51,564 nucleotides of DNA from a candidate division WOR-3 bacterium (GTDB taxonomy: Bacteria; Hydrothermota; Tepidihabitantia; Tepidihabitantales; Tepidihabitantaceae): assembly GCA_965648905.1 (NCBI GenBank), contig CBFGIT010000019.1, forward strand, positions 1-51,564, in the 5' to 3' direction. Every line of letters starts with the position of its first letter. Positions within the stretch are counted from its first letter, which is position 1. This document shows positions 27,891-36,128 of the stretch, piece by piece. Under the pieces are notes generated by a model. That model did no database searches. It saw nothing but the letters and a program-made list of their open reading frames with translations, and was not told the DNA's origin. A program made the position numbers and the translations under genes.

Positions 27891-28328
27891 TCCGATGGTC
27901 TCAAGCTCCGATTACCAGAATCGCCTTTCTGCCCCAAGGAGTCGGACAAGGCCCGCCCCAAGGACATACCCTTTCGCTGTTCGACGGAGTCAGTCTGTCC
28001 TGGCCTTCTGTTGTTACTGATGGCGGGTCTACCTTTGTCTCGTGAGGACGGCGCAAAGGGTCTGGCAAAGCCTGGTCGGTTGAGTCAACCAGAGCACAGA
28101 CCCGGTTTAGCTCTCGTGGCCGTTCCCAGGGCCTGCGTAAAGGCCAGACCACATGAACCCCCCAACGGTCCGGGGGATAACCCGGGGGGCACCTCCCATT
28201 GACACAATCGGCTGACTCGGCAGCTAGAGAGGCGTCAGAGTGCTGGGCAAGCCGCGGGGAGCCGGCAGCCGCACGCAGTCAGGGCGATGTATACGTGAAC
28301 GAAAAAGGCGACAGCCGCTGCCCTTGAT

Positions 28329-28356
28329 TTGACACAGCTCCAGGCCGGGCTAGACT
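28329..28356 (+). promoter_or_regulatory. sigma70-type promoter
   Basis: TTGACA-16 bp-TAGACT upstream of the J-domain gene. Confidence 0.6.
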
Positions 28357-28408
28357 GAAACTGTGTTGAGCGAGTCGGTCAGGTCGGCATCGGTTCGGCG
28401 GAGCCCGA

Positions 28409-29212
28409 GTGAGAGTTTCCCGCGACACGACGTTTGACGACCGCGACCCGTACCGGGTCCTGGGTGTGTCGAGCGATGCGACGCCGACCGCCATCCGCCG
28501 AGCCTACTTGGAACTAGCCAAGCGGACCCACCCCAATCTCTTTGCCACCGACCCGGAAAAGTACCGCTCATCGAACGCGTTGATGGCAGATATCAATGCC
28601 GCCTACGAGTTGCTCAGCGACCCGATGCGGCGTGAGTTCTGGGACCGCCGGCATCTCGGAACGCCGAAGCGTGCTCCACAACCGACCCCGACCCCGGCCA
28701 GCTCCTGCGAATCCGAGCTGGTGCACACCGTTATCAGGAAGTACAACCAGTTCGTGGCCTCGCTGCGCACGCCGGCCGAGCGTGCAGATGCGGTCCGGAG
28801 GATACGGAAGTTCCAGGAAAGCCAGGAAGGAACGGCGTACATCCGAAAACTGGTCGCCGGTCACTATCAGTCAATCATCGACCTGCTCACTCAGGACCGG
28901 CGCGTGGACCGGCCGGTCACGGTCTTTGATGACGGTCTTGTCGAGATAATGCTTCTGTACCCGGGTGCGCTGGAGGTGGCCCCGAGCGAGGTCTTCATTA
29001 CCTATGCCTATGCTCTCTACCGTGAGAACCAGGACAAGGTCCAGGCTGGACCCGGCACGTCCGCGTCGCGCAGTCCTGAACCCGGCGGCCCATCAGCCCC
29101 GCTGCTGAGGCTGCGCCACGAGCAAGGTCCGGCCGGGTTTGAGCCCGCAAAGGGCGTCAGTGCCCGGATTCGGGACTGGTTTCTGTCCAAGCCGGGCCAG
29201 AAGAACCGCTGA
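28409..29212 (+). CDS. J-domain protein (HPN variant) with unknown C-terminal domain
   Basis: DPYRVLGV...IRRAYLELAKRTHPN...INAAYELLSDP. Confidence 0.85.
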   Translation: MRVSRDTTFDDRDPYRVLGVSSDATPTAIRRAYLELAKRTHPNLFATDPEKYRSSNALMADINAAYELLSDPMRREFWDRRHLGTPKRAPQPTPTPASSCESELVHTVIRKYNQFVASLRTPAERADAVRRIRKFQESQEGTAYIRKLVAGHYQSIIDLLTQDRRVDRPVTVFDDGLVEIMLLYPGALEVAPSEVFITYAYALYRENQDKVQAGPGTSASRSPEPGGPSAPLLRLRHEQGPAGFEPAKGVSARIRDWFLSKPGQKNR

Positions 29213-29349
29213 CCGGCGAGTAGTCGAGCTCCGGGGAGGACAGCGCCGTGGGCAACTGAGGGCAGCGTCTCTGGCCCGAGCCACGAGAGCCGCGCTCGGC
29301 CACGCCGGCCTGTGACATCGGCAGGACGTACTGAGGGGTAGTCAGTCCG

Positions 29350-29895
29350 TCAGTGATACCACATCAGCCCGGCACTCACCGCTTCGTTGCCGATGTATAA
29401 GTTCATGCGTGTCTGAGTGCTTGAGCCGTATGGCGGCTTGGAGACATTGAACTGCACACCCATGCGGGCATTGAGGTCAACCGAGAAATGCTCGCTGACA
29501 AAATGCTCCAGCCCGAACCCGAACGGAACCACCACACTCGCGTGAAGGCTGCTGGACGAAGACACGCGGCTGACGTCGAAGCCGAAACCCGCCTTGGCAT
29601 ACACGTTGGTCTTCTCGTGTGCCATCAGCGCATGAGCGAAGATGGCGGTCGCCCCGAAGTCGTAGCTGTTGCTGCTGCCGCTGCCGCCACTGTCTCCGTA
29701 GGTGACTGAACCGGTGCTAATCCGCAGCGTCGGTTCCAGGGCCAGTCTCTCGCCCAGGCCGATTTTCGTCACCGCATAGCTCGGAGCGAGTCCGGCTGAC
29801 GTCCAGCCCACGCCCATTCCAAACTTGCCGTTCATGCTGACCGCAGATGCGGTAGCACACGTCAGGACCAGGACCACCAAAGACAGTCTGAACAC
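29350..29895 (-). CDS. small outer-membrane beta-barrel protein
   Basis: AAGGAGG SD; signal peptide; amphipathic strands (GFGLEHFV, FSVDL); aromatic C-terminus GLMWYH. Confidence 0.78.
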   Translation of the reverse strand: MFRLSLVVLVLTCATASAVSMNGKFGMGVGWTSAGLAPSYAVTKIGLGERLALEPTLRISTGSVTYGDSGGSGSSNSYDFGATAIFAHALMAHEKTNVYAKAGFGFDVSRVSSSSSLHASVVVPFGFGLEHFVSEHFSVDLNARMGVQFNVSKPPYGSSTQTRMNLYIGNEAVSAGLMWYH

Positions 29896-30082
29896 GGTTC
29901 CTCCTTGGACTTGATTCCGACAACCCGGCGGTTATCGCCGTTGCGCTGTTCAGTACCAGCCGCGCCTCCCCTAGTTGTTCGGGAGACGGTTGCTCGCCGG
30001 CACAGACCGGGCCCGCACGGTTCGGCGAGGGGTCCTCGGGCGACTCCGCCCAGGCGCGCGGCCGCTGAGTTTTCTTGCGGTG

Positions 30083-30110
30083 ATTGTAGTCCTGTGGCAG
30101 GGCGCGTCAA
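30083..30110 (-). promoter_or_regulatory. sigma70-type promoter of the OMP gene, giving a ~180-nt structured leader
   Basis: minus strand TTGACG-16 bp-TACAAT. Confidence 0.62.
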
Positions 30111-30368
30111 GCACGCCACGGGCGTGGTCGAGGGAGCATCCCGCCATTCCTGACATCCGTCGTGCGAGCACCAGTTGCTTCTCGCCTTTCGTCCTGCAAC
30201 CGGTGCTTGATGTCCGGTCATTTCCATCGCGGCGCAGGCAGACACGTGACCAGCGAGCAGGTCTTGCCGATGGCAGTGGTTTGCGTAGACTGAAGCCCGG
30301 CCGCATGTTGCGGCTGGCAGCCGCCAGTGCGCGTGCTGCCCTGAACAATAGACTAAGGAGTCAGACAG

Positions 30369-31286
30369 ATGAGTGAGACTATCGGCTTTCTTTTCCCAGG
30401 CCAGGGTTCGCAGTTCGTCGGCATGGGTGCAGACCTGTACGAGAAGTACGAAAAGGCGCGGCAGGTCTATGATTCGGCCGAACAGGTGCTGGAGTTGCCC
30501 ATCAAACGGCTCTCGTTCGAGGGGCCAGAGGACGAGTTGCGCCAGACCCGGTATACACAACCGGCGATCCTGGTGCACTCGCTCGCGGCTCTGGCCGTGT
30601 TGCCTAGGATGTCGCCTGCACTTGCGGCCGGCCACAGTTTGGGCGAGTATTCGGCTCTGTACTCAGCCGGCGCGCTCGGGTTTGATGCGGTGTTGAAGCT
30701 GGTCAGGCGCCGGGGTGAGTTGATGTACGCCGAGGGTGAGGTTCGTCCGGGTACGATGGCGGCGATTCTCGGCCTGGATTCGGCCGCGGTCGAGGCGTTG
30801 TGCCGCGAAGTTCCGGGTACGGTCGTGCCGGCCAACTACAACGAGCCGAAGCAGACGGTTGTCTCAGGCGGGGTCGAGGCGGTTAAGGCCGCGGTCGAGC
30901 TGGCCAAGACCCGTGGCGCACTCAAGGCGGTGATGCTGCCGGTATCAGGTGCGTTTCATTCGCCGCTGCTTGAGGAGTCAGCACAGGAGTTCGCCGATTA
31001 TCTCAATCGGTTCGAGGTCAAGGACCCGCGTTACCCGGTGATTGCCAATGTCACAGGCAAGCCAGTACGAACCAGTGCTGAGGTGCGTTCCTGCCTGTCC
31101 CGGCAGCTTACCAGCCCGGTGCGCTGGGTCGAGACGATAACAACTGCGAAGGAGCTGGGTTGCAAGAGGTTTCTGGAAGTTGGGCCAGGACAGGTCCTTG
31201 CCGGGCTGGTGCGGCGCATCAACCGTGAGCTTTCGGTCAGTCCGGCAGGCAAGGTTGCAGATTTGGCAGCACTGGCCGGGAGCTAA
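30369..31286 (+). CDS. fabD: malonyl-CoA-ACP transacylase
   Basis: FPGQGSQ, TQPA, GHSLGEY, SGAFHS, EVGPG; TAAGGAG SD. Confidence 0.97.
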   Translation: MSETIGFLFPGQGSQFVGMGADLYEKYEKARQVYDSAEQVLELPIKRLSFEGPEDELRQTRYTQPAILVHSLAALAVLPRMSPALAAGHSLGEYSALYSAGALGFDAVLKLVRRRGELMYAEGEVRPGTMAAILGLDSAAVEALCREVPGTVVPANYNEPKQTVVSGGVEAVKAAVELAKTRGALKAVMLPVSGAFHSPLLEESAQEFADYLNRFEVKDPRYPVIANVTGKPVRTSAEVRSCLSRQLTSPVRWVETITTAKELGCKRFLEVGPGQVLAGLVRRINRELSVSPAGKVADLAALAGS

Positions 31287-31288
31287 GG

Positions 31289-31570
31289 ATGGATTGGCGA
31301 CTCTTTCTGACGACGTTTGGCTCGATCTTTCTGGCTGAACTTGGCGACAAGACCCAACTGGCTACGCTCTGTTTTGCCTGCGGGAAGAACACGTTCTGGT
31401 CGGTATTCACCGGTAGCGCGCTGGCCTTGGTGCTGACTTCGTTTCTTGCGGCTCTACTGGGCAATTCGCTGGCGCGGTTTCTGCCGACCCGGTGGCTGCA
31501 CCTTGGAGCCGGACTGGTCTTCATCGTGCTGGGCGTGTTGCTCGTGATACGGAACCTGCGAGCCGGGTGA
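31289..31570 (+). CDS. TMEM165/GDT1 (UPF0016) family, single-repeat protein
   Basis: IFLAELGDKTQLA motif; 3 TM segments; 93 aa. Confidence 0.92.
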   Translation: MDWRLFLTTFGSIFLAELGDKTQLATLCFACGKNTFWSVFTGSALALVLTSFLAALLGNSLARFLPTRWLHLGAGLVFIVLGVLLVIRNLRAG

Positions 31571-32727
31571 AGCTGAAAACCAGGCCCGAGGACTTCCGCG
31601 TCGAAGAGAAGCTCGCGTTGCGGCTGAAACCTCGGGGCCGGTACTCAATTTACCGTCTGGAAAAGCGGCTGTGGAATACCCTCGACGTTGTCCGTGAACT
31701 GGAGAAGAAGCACCGGCTGCGCGGCATCAGCCGGGCAGGTCTGAAAGACCGGTATTCAGAGTCGGTTCAGTTCCTGTCGATTCCGGGCAGAGGGCCGAAG
31801 TTGATTCAGGAAACGAACTACCGGCTCGAACTCGTCGGCATGGCTGATGAGCCGGTCTGCCGTGATGTTCTGCTCGGCAACTGCTTCAGGGTCGTGCTTC
31901 GGGCGCTGACTGCGCCGGAGGCAAAGACCGTTCTGGATGAGCTGCCTCTGGTGAAGCGTTTCGGGTTTTGCAACTACTATGATGAGCAGCGGCTCGGCTC
32001 AGCCCGGCATGGCCAGGGGTTCATTGCCCGCCGGCTGGTGGATGGTCATCTGAACGGCGCGCTCAAGCTGTACCTGGCAACACCGTCAGGTGCGGACGAC
32101 TCAAAGACCAGACAGGCAAAGAAGGCCATCGAGCAGCACTGGGGAGACTGGCAGAAGTGCCTTGACCTTGTGCCGAAGGAGGCGTGGCCTGCGGTCAAGT
32201 ATCTGGTTTTTCATCCGCGTGACCTTGAGGGTGCAATCCGGTTGATCCCGCGCGCGATGCTTGAGCTTTTTGTCGGCGCGTACCAGGCATGGCTGTGGAA
32301 CGAGGTTCTGGCCGGGGTGCTGGTAGAGTCAGGCATTTCCGTGCAGCATGTGAAGTACAACCTGGGTCGGTTCGCGTTCTACCGCGAGCTGAGTCCGGCT
32401 CAGCACAGGTACCTGGCGCGACTTGTGATACCGGCGTTTGGACCGAAAGCCGAGTTCGCAAGCGACCGGGTCGCACGGGTCAGCGAACAGGTTCTGGCGC
32501 GCGAGGGTTTGTCGCTTGAGCGGCTGAAACTGCGGGTGCGCGTGACCGGAGTCTACTTCAAGCCCTATGACCGGGCAGCAGTGGTTCTGCCCGAAAACCT
32601 GAGTTGGTCAAAGCCTGGAGCGGATGAGCTGTACCCGGGCTGTCTGGCGCTGAGTTTGTCGTTCTTTCTGCCGGCTGGTTCGTTCGCGACCATACTGGTG
32701 AAGCGGCTGGGAGCGGCATGGTCATGA
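31567..32727 (+). CDS. truD: tRNA pseudouridine(13) synthase
   Basis: KTRPEDFRVEE, AGLKDR, GNCFRV, NYYDEQR, AYQAWLWN, FFLPAGSFAT; GTGA coupling. Confidence 0.9.
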   Translation: MKLKTRPEDFRVEEKLALRLKPRGRYSIYRLEKRLWNTLDVVRELEKKHRLRGISRAGLKDRYSESVQFLSIPGRGPKLIQETNYRLELVGMADEPVCRDVLLGNCFRVVLRALTAPEAKTVLDELPLVKRFGFCNYYDEQRLGSARHGQGFIARRLVDGHLNGALKLYLATPSGADDSKTRQAKKAIEQHWGDWQKCLDLVPKEAWPAVKYLVFHPRDLEGAIRLIPRAMLELFVGAYQAWLWNEVLAGVLVESGISVQHVKYNLGRFAFYRELSPAQHRYLARLVIPAFGPKAEFASDRVARVSEQVLAREGLSLERLKLRVRVTGVYFKPYDRAAVVLPENLSWSKPGADELYPGCLALSLSFFLPAGSFATILVKRLGAAWS

Positions 32728-35492
32728 GCTGCGGTCTTGTTTTCTGCTTCCTGCTCGGCCAGATACCGGGTGCGCCCAATTGGGACTCGCGGCTCTCATG
32801 GTATACGCTTGAGACTGAGCACTTTGCAGTTCACTTCTCCAGTCTGGGCAAGCTTGACGACGACCGGATCGAACTGGCCCAGGAAGTGGCAGACGTCTGT
32901 GAGGAAGTCTATGCAACCGTGGCACCGGTTGCCGGCTGGGCACCGCGTTTCCGAGTCCAGGTCGTCATCGCGGACTTCTACGACTACCTGAACGGCTGGG
33001 CCACACCGTTTCCGGAGAACACGATAACCATCATCCCGACACCGCCGGGCAGAAGTCTGGGGCGGGGCGATGACTGGCTCCGGACGTTGATTCTGCACGA
33101 GTACTCGCACATCGTGCAGATGGACCAAAGCCGCGGCCTAGCGTCCGGTTTGCGGGCAGTGTTCGGTCGTGTTGTGCTGCCGAATGCGCTCGCACCGGCC
33201 TGGCTGCACGAAGGCTACGCGGTCTACAACGAGACTCGGTTCAGCAGCGGAGGGCGACTGCGGAGCACTGAGTATGACATGATGGCACGGGCTGCGGCCG
33301 ATGCGGAGCGACTGCTGCCGGTTGACCGCTGCGGGAGCTATGAGCTGCAACGCTACCCAGGCGGCAACGCACCGTACCTGTATGGCAGTTGGCTGCACCG
33401 GTATGCGGTAGGGGAGACCGACCCGGATGTCTGGGAGCGATACAACCGGAGTCGCTCTTGTGGCCTGCCGTACTTTGAGAACTGGTACGCGCGACGGGTA
33501 TTCGGCCGCAGTATCTACCGGCTCTGGCAGGAGACCGGAGAGGAACTGACCCGACGTGCTTCGGCAGTAAGGCAGCAGCTCGGGCAGACAACGCGGCTGG
33601 ACCAACTCACCCGTGATGGTTATCAGACGTCTTCGCCGCTCTGGTCCCGGTCTGGAGCAGAGGTGTACTACATTTCCCGAACCGGTCAGGAGTACCCGGC
33701 AATCAAGGCGCTTGATACTGCCAACAATACCGTGCGCGTGCTGGTGCGAGGACGAATCAGCGGCAGCCTGTCGCTTTCGCCCGATGGCCGGGAACTGGCG
33801 TTCACTCGTCTGGATGTGGTGCGCAACTGCTGCGAGACCCAGGATATCTTCGCGCTCGACCTTGTGCGAGGCACGGTGCGCCAACTGACTCGGGGCGAGC
33901 GAGCCCATGACCCTGACTTTGCGCCGGACACGAGCCTGCTGGTCTATGTCGCGAACCACAATGGCCGCAGCTCGCTGCGCCTGCGCGACCTGGCAACCGG
34001 GACCACGAGTGATTTGGCCGAGCCTGATGACCGGACGTCGTTCCAGCGCCCGCGCTTCTCGCCGAGCGGCAAGTGGATTGCAGTCGGGGTGAGTCGGCTG
34101 GACGGGTCGAGCGACATTGAGCTTGTTGACCGACAGACCGGCTGGACCGTGCCGGTGACCCACGACCGTGCCTGTGACCTGGACCCATACTGGTCGCGCA
34201 CCGGCAGGTATCTGTTTTTCGTTTCTGACCGGTCAGGCGTGTTCAATCTCTATGCCTATCAGGTCGCAACCGGCAAGGTTCTGCGGTGCACCAACGTGCT
34301 GTACGGGGCGTTCGAACCCGCGGTTTCTCCGGACAACCGCCGCATCGCGCTGGTGACCTATTCGGCTGATGGGTATGACATCAGCACCATGGTGCTTGAC
34401 GTCCAGCACTGGCATGAAGCAGAGTCATTCATCGACACGCTGCCTGAACCCGGGCCGGAGCCTGCTCGGGCCGACGGCCAGCTCTACTACTACAACCCTT
34501 TTCCGTCAGTCTGGCCCAGGTTCTGGCTGCCGTGGGTTGCGTTCGACAAAGGCGCGTGGGAGCTTGGGGCGTTTACCTTGGGCTGGGATGCGCTCCAGTT
34601 CCACCGGTACTGGGTCTTGGCAGGCGCACGTCAGGATACCTGGCGCCCTTTTCTTATTGCTGTTTACGAGTTCTGCCGCACACGGCCCTCGCTCTCAATC
34701 GACTTTGACCTCGACCCCAGAGTTCAAACCACCAGCTTTGGCAGCCGCCTGGCATTTCTCGGCACCCGAGCCGGGGCATGGTTTGACCTAATCGGGCGAC
34801 TTAGTCATGACACTGCCTTCCGAGCGCGTGTCGGTCTTGACGGGTTGTTCTCGAATGCGTTCGTATATCGGTTCAACGTCGCTCCGACTGAAGGGCGGGT
34901 CTGTGGCTTGTCCGTGGATGGTGAAAAAAGGGGCTGGCTGTCTGAGCACGACCGTGCGCGTGTGCTGGGCCACTGGATTGAGTATTTTGGCCGCGCTCCG
35001 GCGTCATGGAGCCTGCGCGCAAGACTCGCGGCCGGCGCGGGTCTTGGCGACTCGACCGCGAAATCCAGCTTCATTCTGGGTAACAGGCCAGGTCTGCTTT
35101 CGGTCCGGGGCTACGACGATACCGTCGCAGGACGAACGGTACTCGTTGGCGGTCTGGAGTTCCGTACGCCACTGGTCTGGGTTGAGCGCGGACTGGGTAC
35201 CGGGCCGCTGTTTCTGCGTAACCTGAACGCGGCTCTGTTTGCCGAGGCCGGACTGGTTTCTCGAAGCCGACTGCCGTCGGTCCGGGAACTGCATCGGTCA
35301 AGGGTTGGTGTGGGAACCGAGCTGCGGAGCGATTTTCTGCTCGGTCACTCGGTTCCGGTCAGTCTGGTCGCGGGGATTGGTTTTGGCCTGAATCCCTTAT
35401 GGTCCTACCGCGGTTACCTGGGTCTGCAGACCGTGCTGCTCGATGGCCTGTTGGGCAGTGGTCCAAGTGACCGTCGGGCGGCGATGAACTGA
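32718..35492 (+). CDS. outer-membrane protein: gluzincin-like domain, PD40/TolB-like propeller, Omp85/BamA-like barrel
   Basis: LETEHFAVHF, HEYSH...WLHEGYA; PD40 repeats (SPDG, PRFSPSG, FVSDRSG); C-terminal VRGY, LEFRTPL, GVGTELR. Confidence 0.75.
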   Translation: MVMSCGLVFCFLLGQIPGAPNWDSRLSWYTLETEHFAVHFSSLGKLDDDRIELAQEVADVCEEVYATVAPVAGWAPRFRVQVVIADFYDYLNGWATPFPENTITIIPTPPGRSLGRGDDWLRTLILHEYSHIVQMDQSRGLASGLRAVFGRVVLPNALAPAWLHEGYAVYNETRFSSGGRLRSTEYDMMARAAADAERLLPVDRCGSYELQRYPGGNAPYLYGSWLHRYAVGETDPDVWERYNRSRSCGLPYFENWYARRVFGRSIYRLWQETGEELTRRASAVRQQLGQTTRLDQLTRDGYQTSSPLWSRSGAEVYYISRTGQEYPAIKALDTANNTVRVLVRGRISGSLSLSPDGRELAFTRLDVVRNCCETQDIFALDLVRGTVRQLTRGERAHDPDFAPDTSLLVYVANHNGRSSLRLRDLATGTTSDLAEPDDRTSFQRPRFSPSGKWIAVGVSRLDGSSDIELVDRQTGWTVPVTHDRACDLDPYWSRTGRYLFFVSDRSGVFNLYAYQVATGKVLRCTNVLYGAFEPAVSPDNRRIALVTYSADGYDISTMVLDVQHWHEAESFIDTLPEPGPEPARADGQLYYYNPFPSVWPRFWLPWVAFDKGAWELGAFTLGWDALQFHRYWVLAGARQDTWRPFLIAVYEFCRTRPSLSIDFDLDPRVQTTSFGSRLAFLGTRAGAWFDLIGRLSHDTAFRARVGLDGLFSNAFVYRFNVAPTEGRVCGLSVDGEKRGWLSEHDRARVLGHWIEYFGRAPASWSLRARLAAGAGLGDSTAKSSFILGNRPGLLSVRGYDDTVAGRTVLVGGLEFRTPLVWVERGLGTGPLFLRNLNAALFAEAGLVSRSRLPSVRELHRSRVGVGTELRSDFLLGHSVPVSLVAGIGFGLNPLWSYRGYLGLQTVLLDGLLGSGPSDRRAAMN

Positions 35493-35521
35493 ACCGGGGC
35501 AGCGGCAGGGCTGCCCCGGTT
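35492..35521. terminator. hairpin between convergent genes
   Basis: AACCGGGGCAGC-GGCAGG-GCTGCCCCGGTT, 12-bp perfect stem. Confidence 0.7.
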
Positions 35522-35554
35522 GGACGCTGCAGGGGTGTGGATACTGAATGCGGG

Positions 35555-35872
35555 CTACCTGCCGCAGACCGGGCACTTGACGTCTGTATTCACGGGAGCT
35601 AAGGGGTGGTCGTCTTGTGCCAGACCGTCGGCGGCGTGCTTGTGATAGGCATAGCAGTGGTTGATGAACGCGTCGCGTGGCGATAACGCCGGCTCGTACC
35701 AGAACACCTGATAGTCCGGCCAGTGGGACTTGATTCGGTCACGCAGGTCGTGCTCAGCCCGGCCGACAAAGACAACCTGTCTGCCGGTCTTGGCCAAACA
35801 GTAGACTCCGCCGACTCTGGTCGGTACGGAGATATCAACCTGCAGGGGGCGAAGAAGGTATGGGCCGCGCAT
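35555..35872 (-). CDS. small GIY-YIG-like protein with C-terminal CPVC
   Basis: GGAGGT SD; GVYCL...VVFVGRAEHDLRDRI; ends KCPVCGR. Confidence 0.7.
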   Translation of the reverse strand: MRGPYLLRPLQVDISVPTRVGGVYCLAKTGRQVVFVGRAEHDLRDRIKSHWPDYQVFWYEPALSPRDAFINHCYAYHKHAADGLAQDDHPLAPVNTDVKCPVCGR

Positions 35873-36017
35873 ACTACCTCCAAAAACGAACGACGAGACC
35901 CAGAGGCCTCGTCGGTCCTGTTCGATGTTTCCCAACGTAACCCGTGCGTTTCAGTGTCTCGCTCCAAGGATAATTATACCGGACAAGACCCGGCCGGTCA
36001 ATTCGTGCAACCGGTCG

Positions 36018-36046
36018 TTGACTTTGCCCGTTCCGTTGTCTAGACT
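36018..36046 (+). promoter_or_regulatory. sigma70-type promoter of hppA
   Basis: TTGACT-17 bp-TAGACT. Confidence 0.62.
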
Positions 36047-36128
36047 TGGCCACTGTCTCCAGGGCGGCACGCAGTCCGACACCGCCCCGGATGAATCGCA
36101 CAAGTCCACACACAAGAAAGGAGTCTTC

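Noticed and set aside
27895..28320. tRNA, tmRNA, 6S, SRP, RNase P or c-di-GMP riboswitch
   Set aside because: No diagnostic motifs recognised by eye; needs an Rfam search
35925..36128. 68-aa N-terminal extension of hppA
   Set aside because: Contains the promoter and SD; GTG 36129 fits the family
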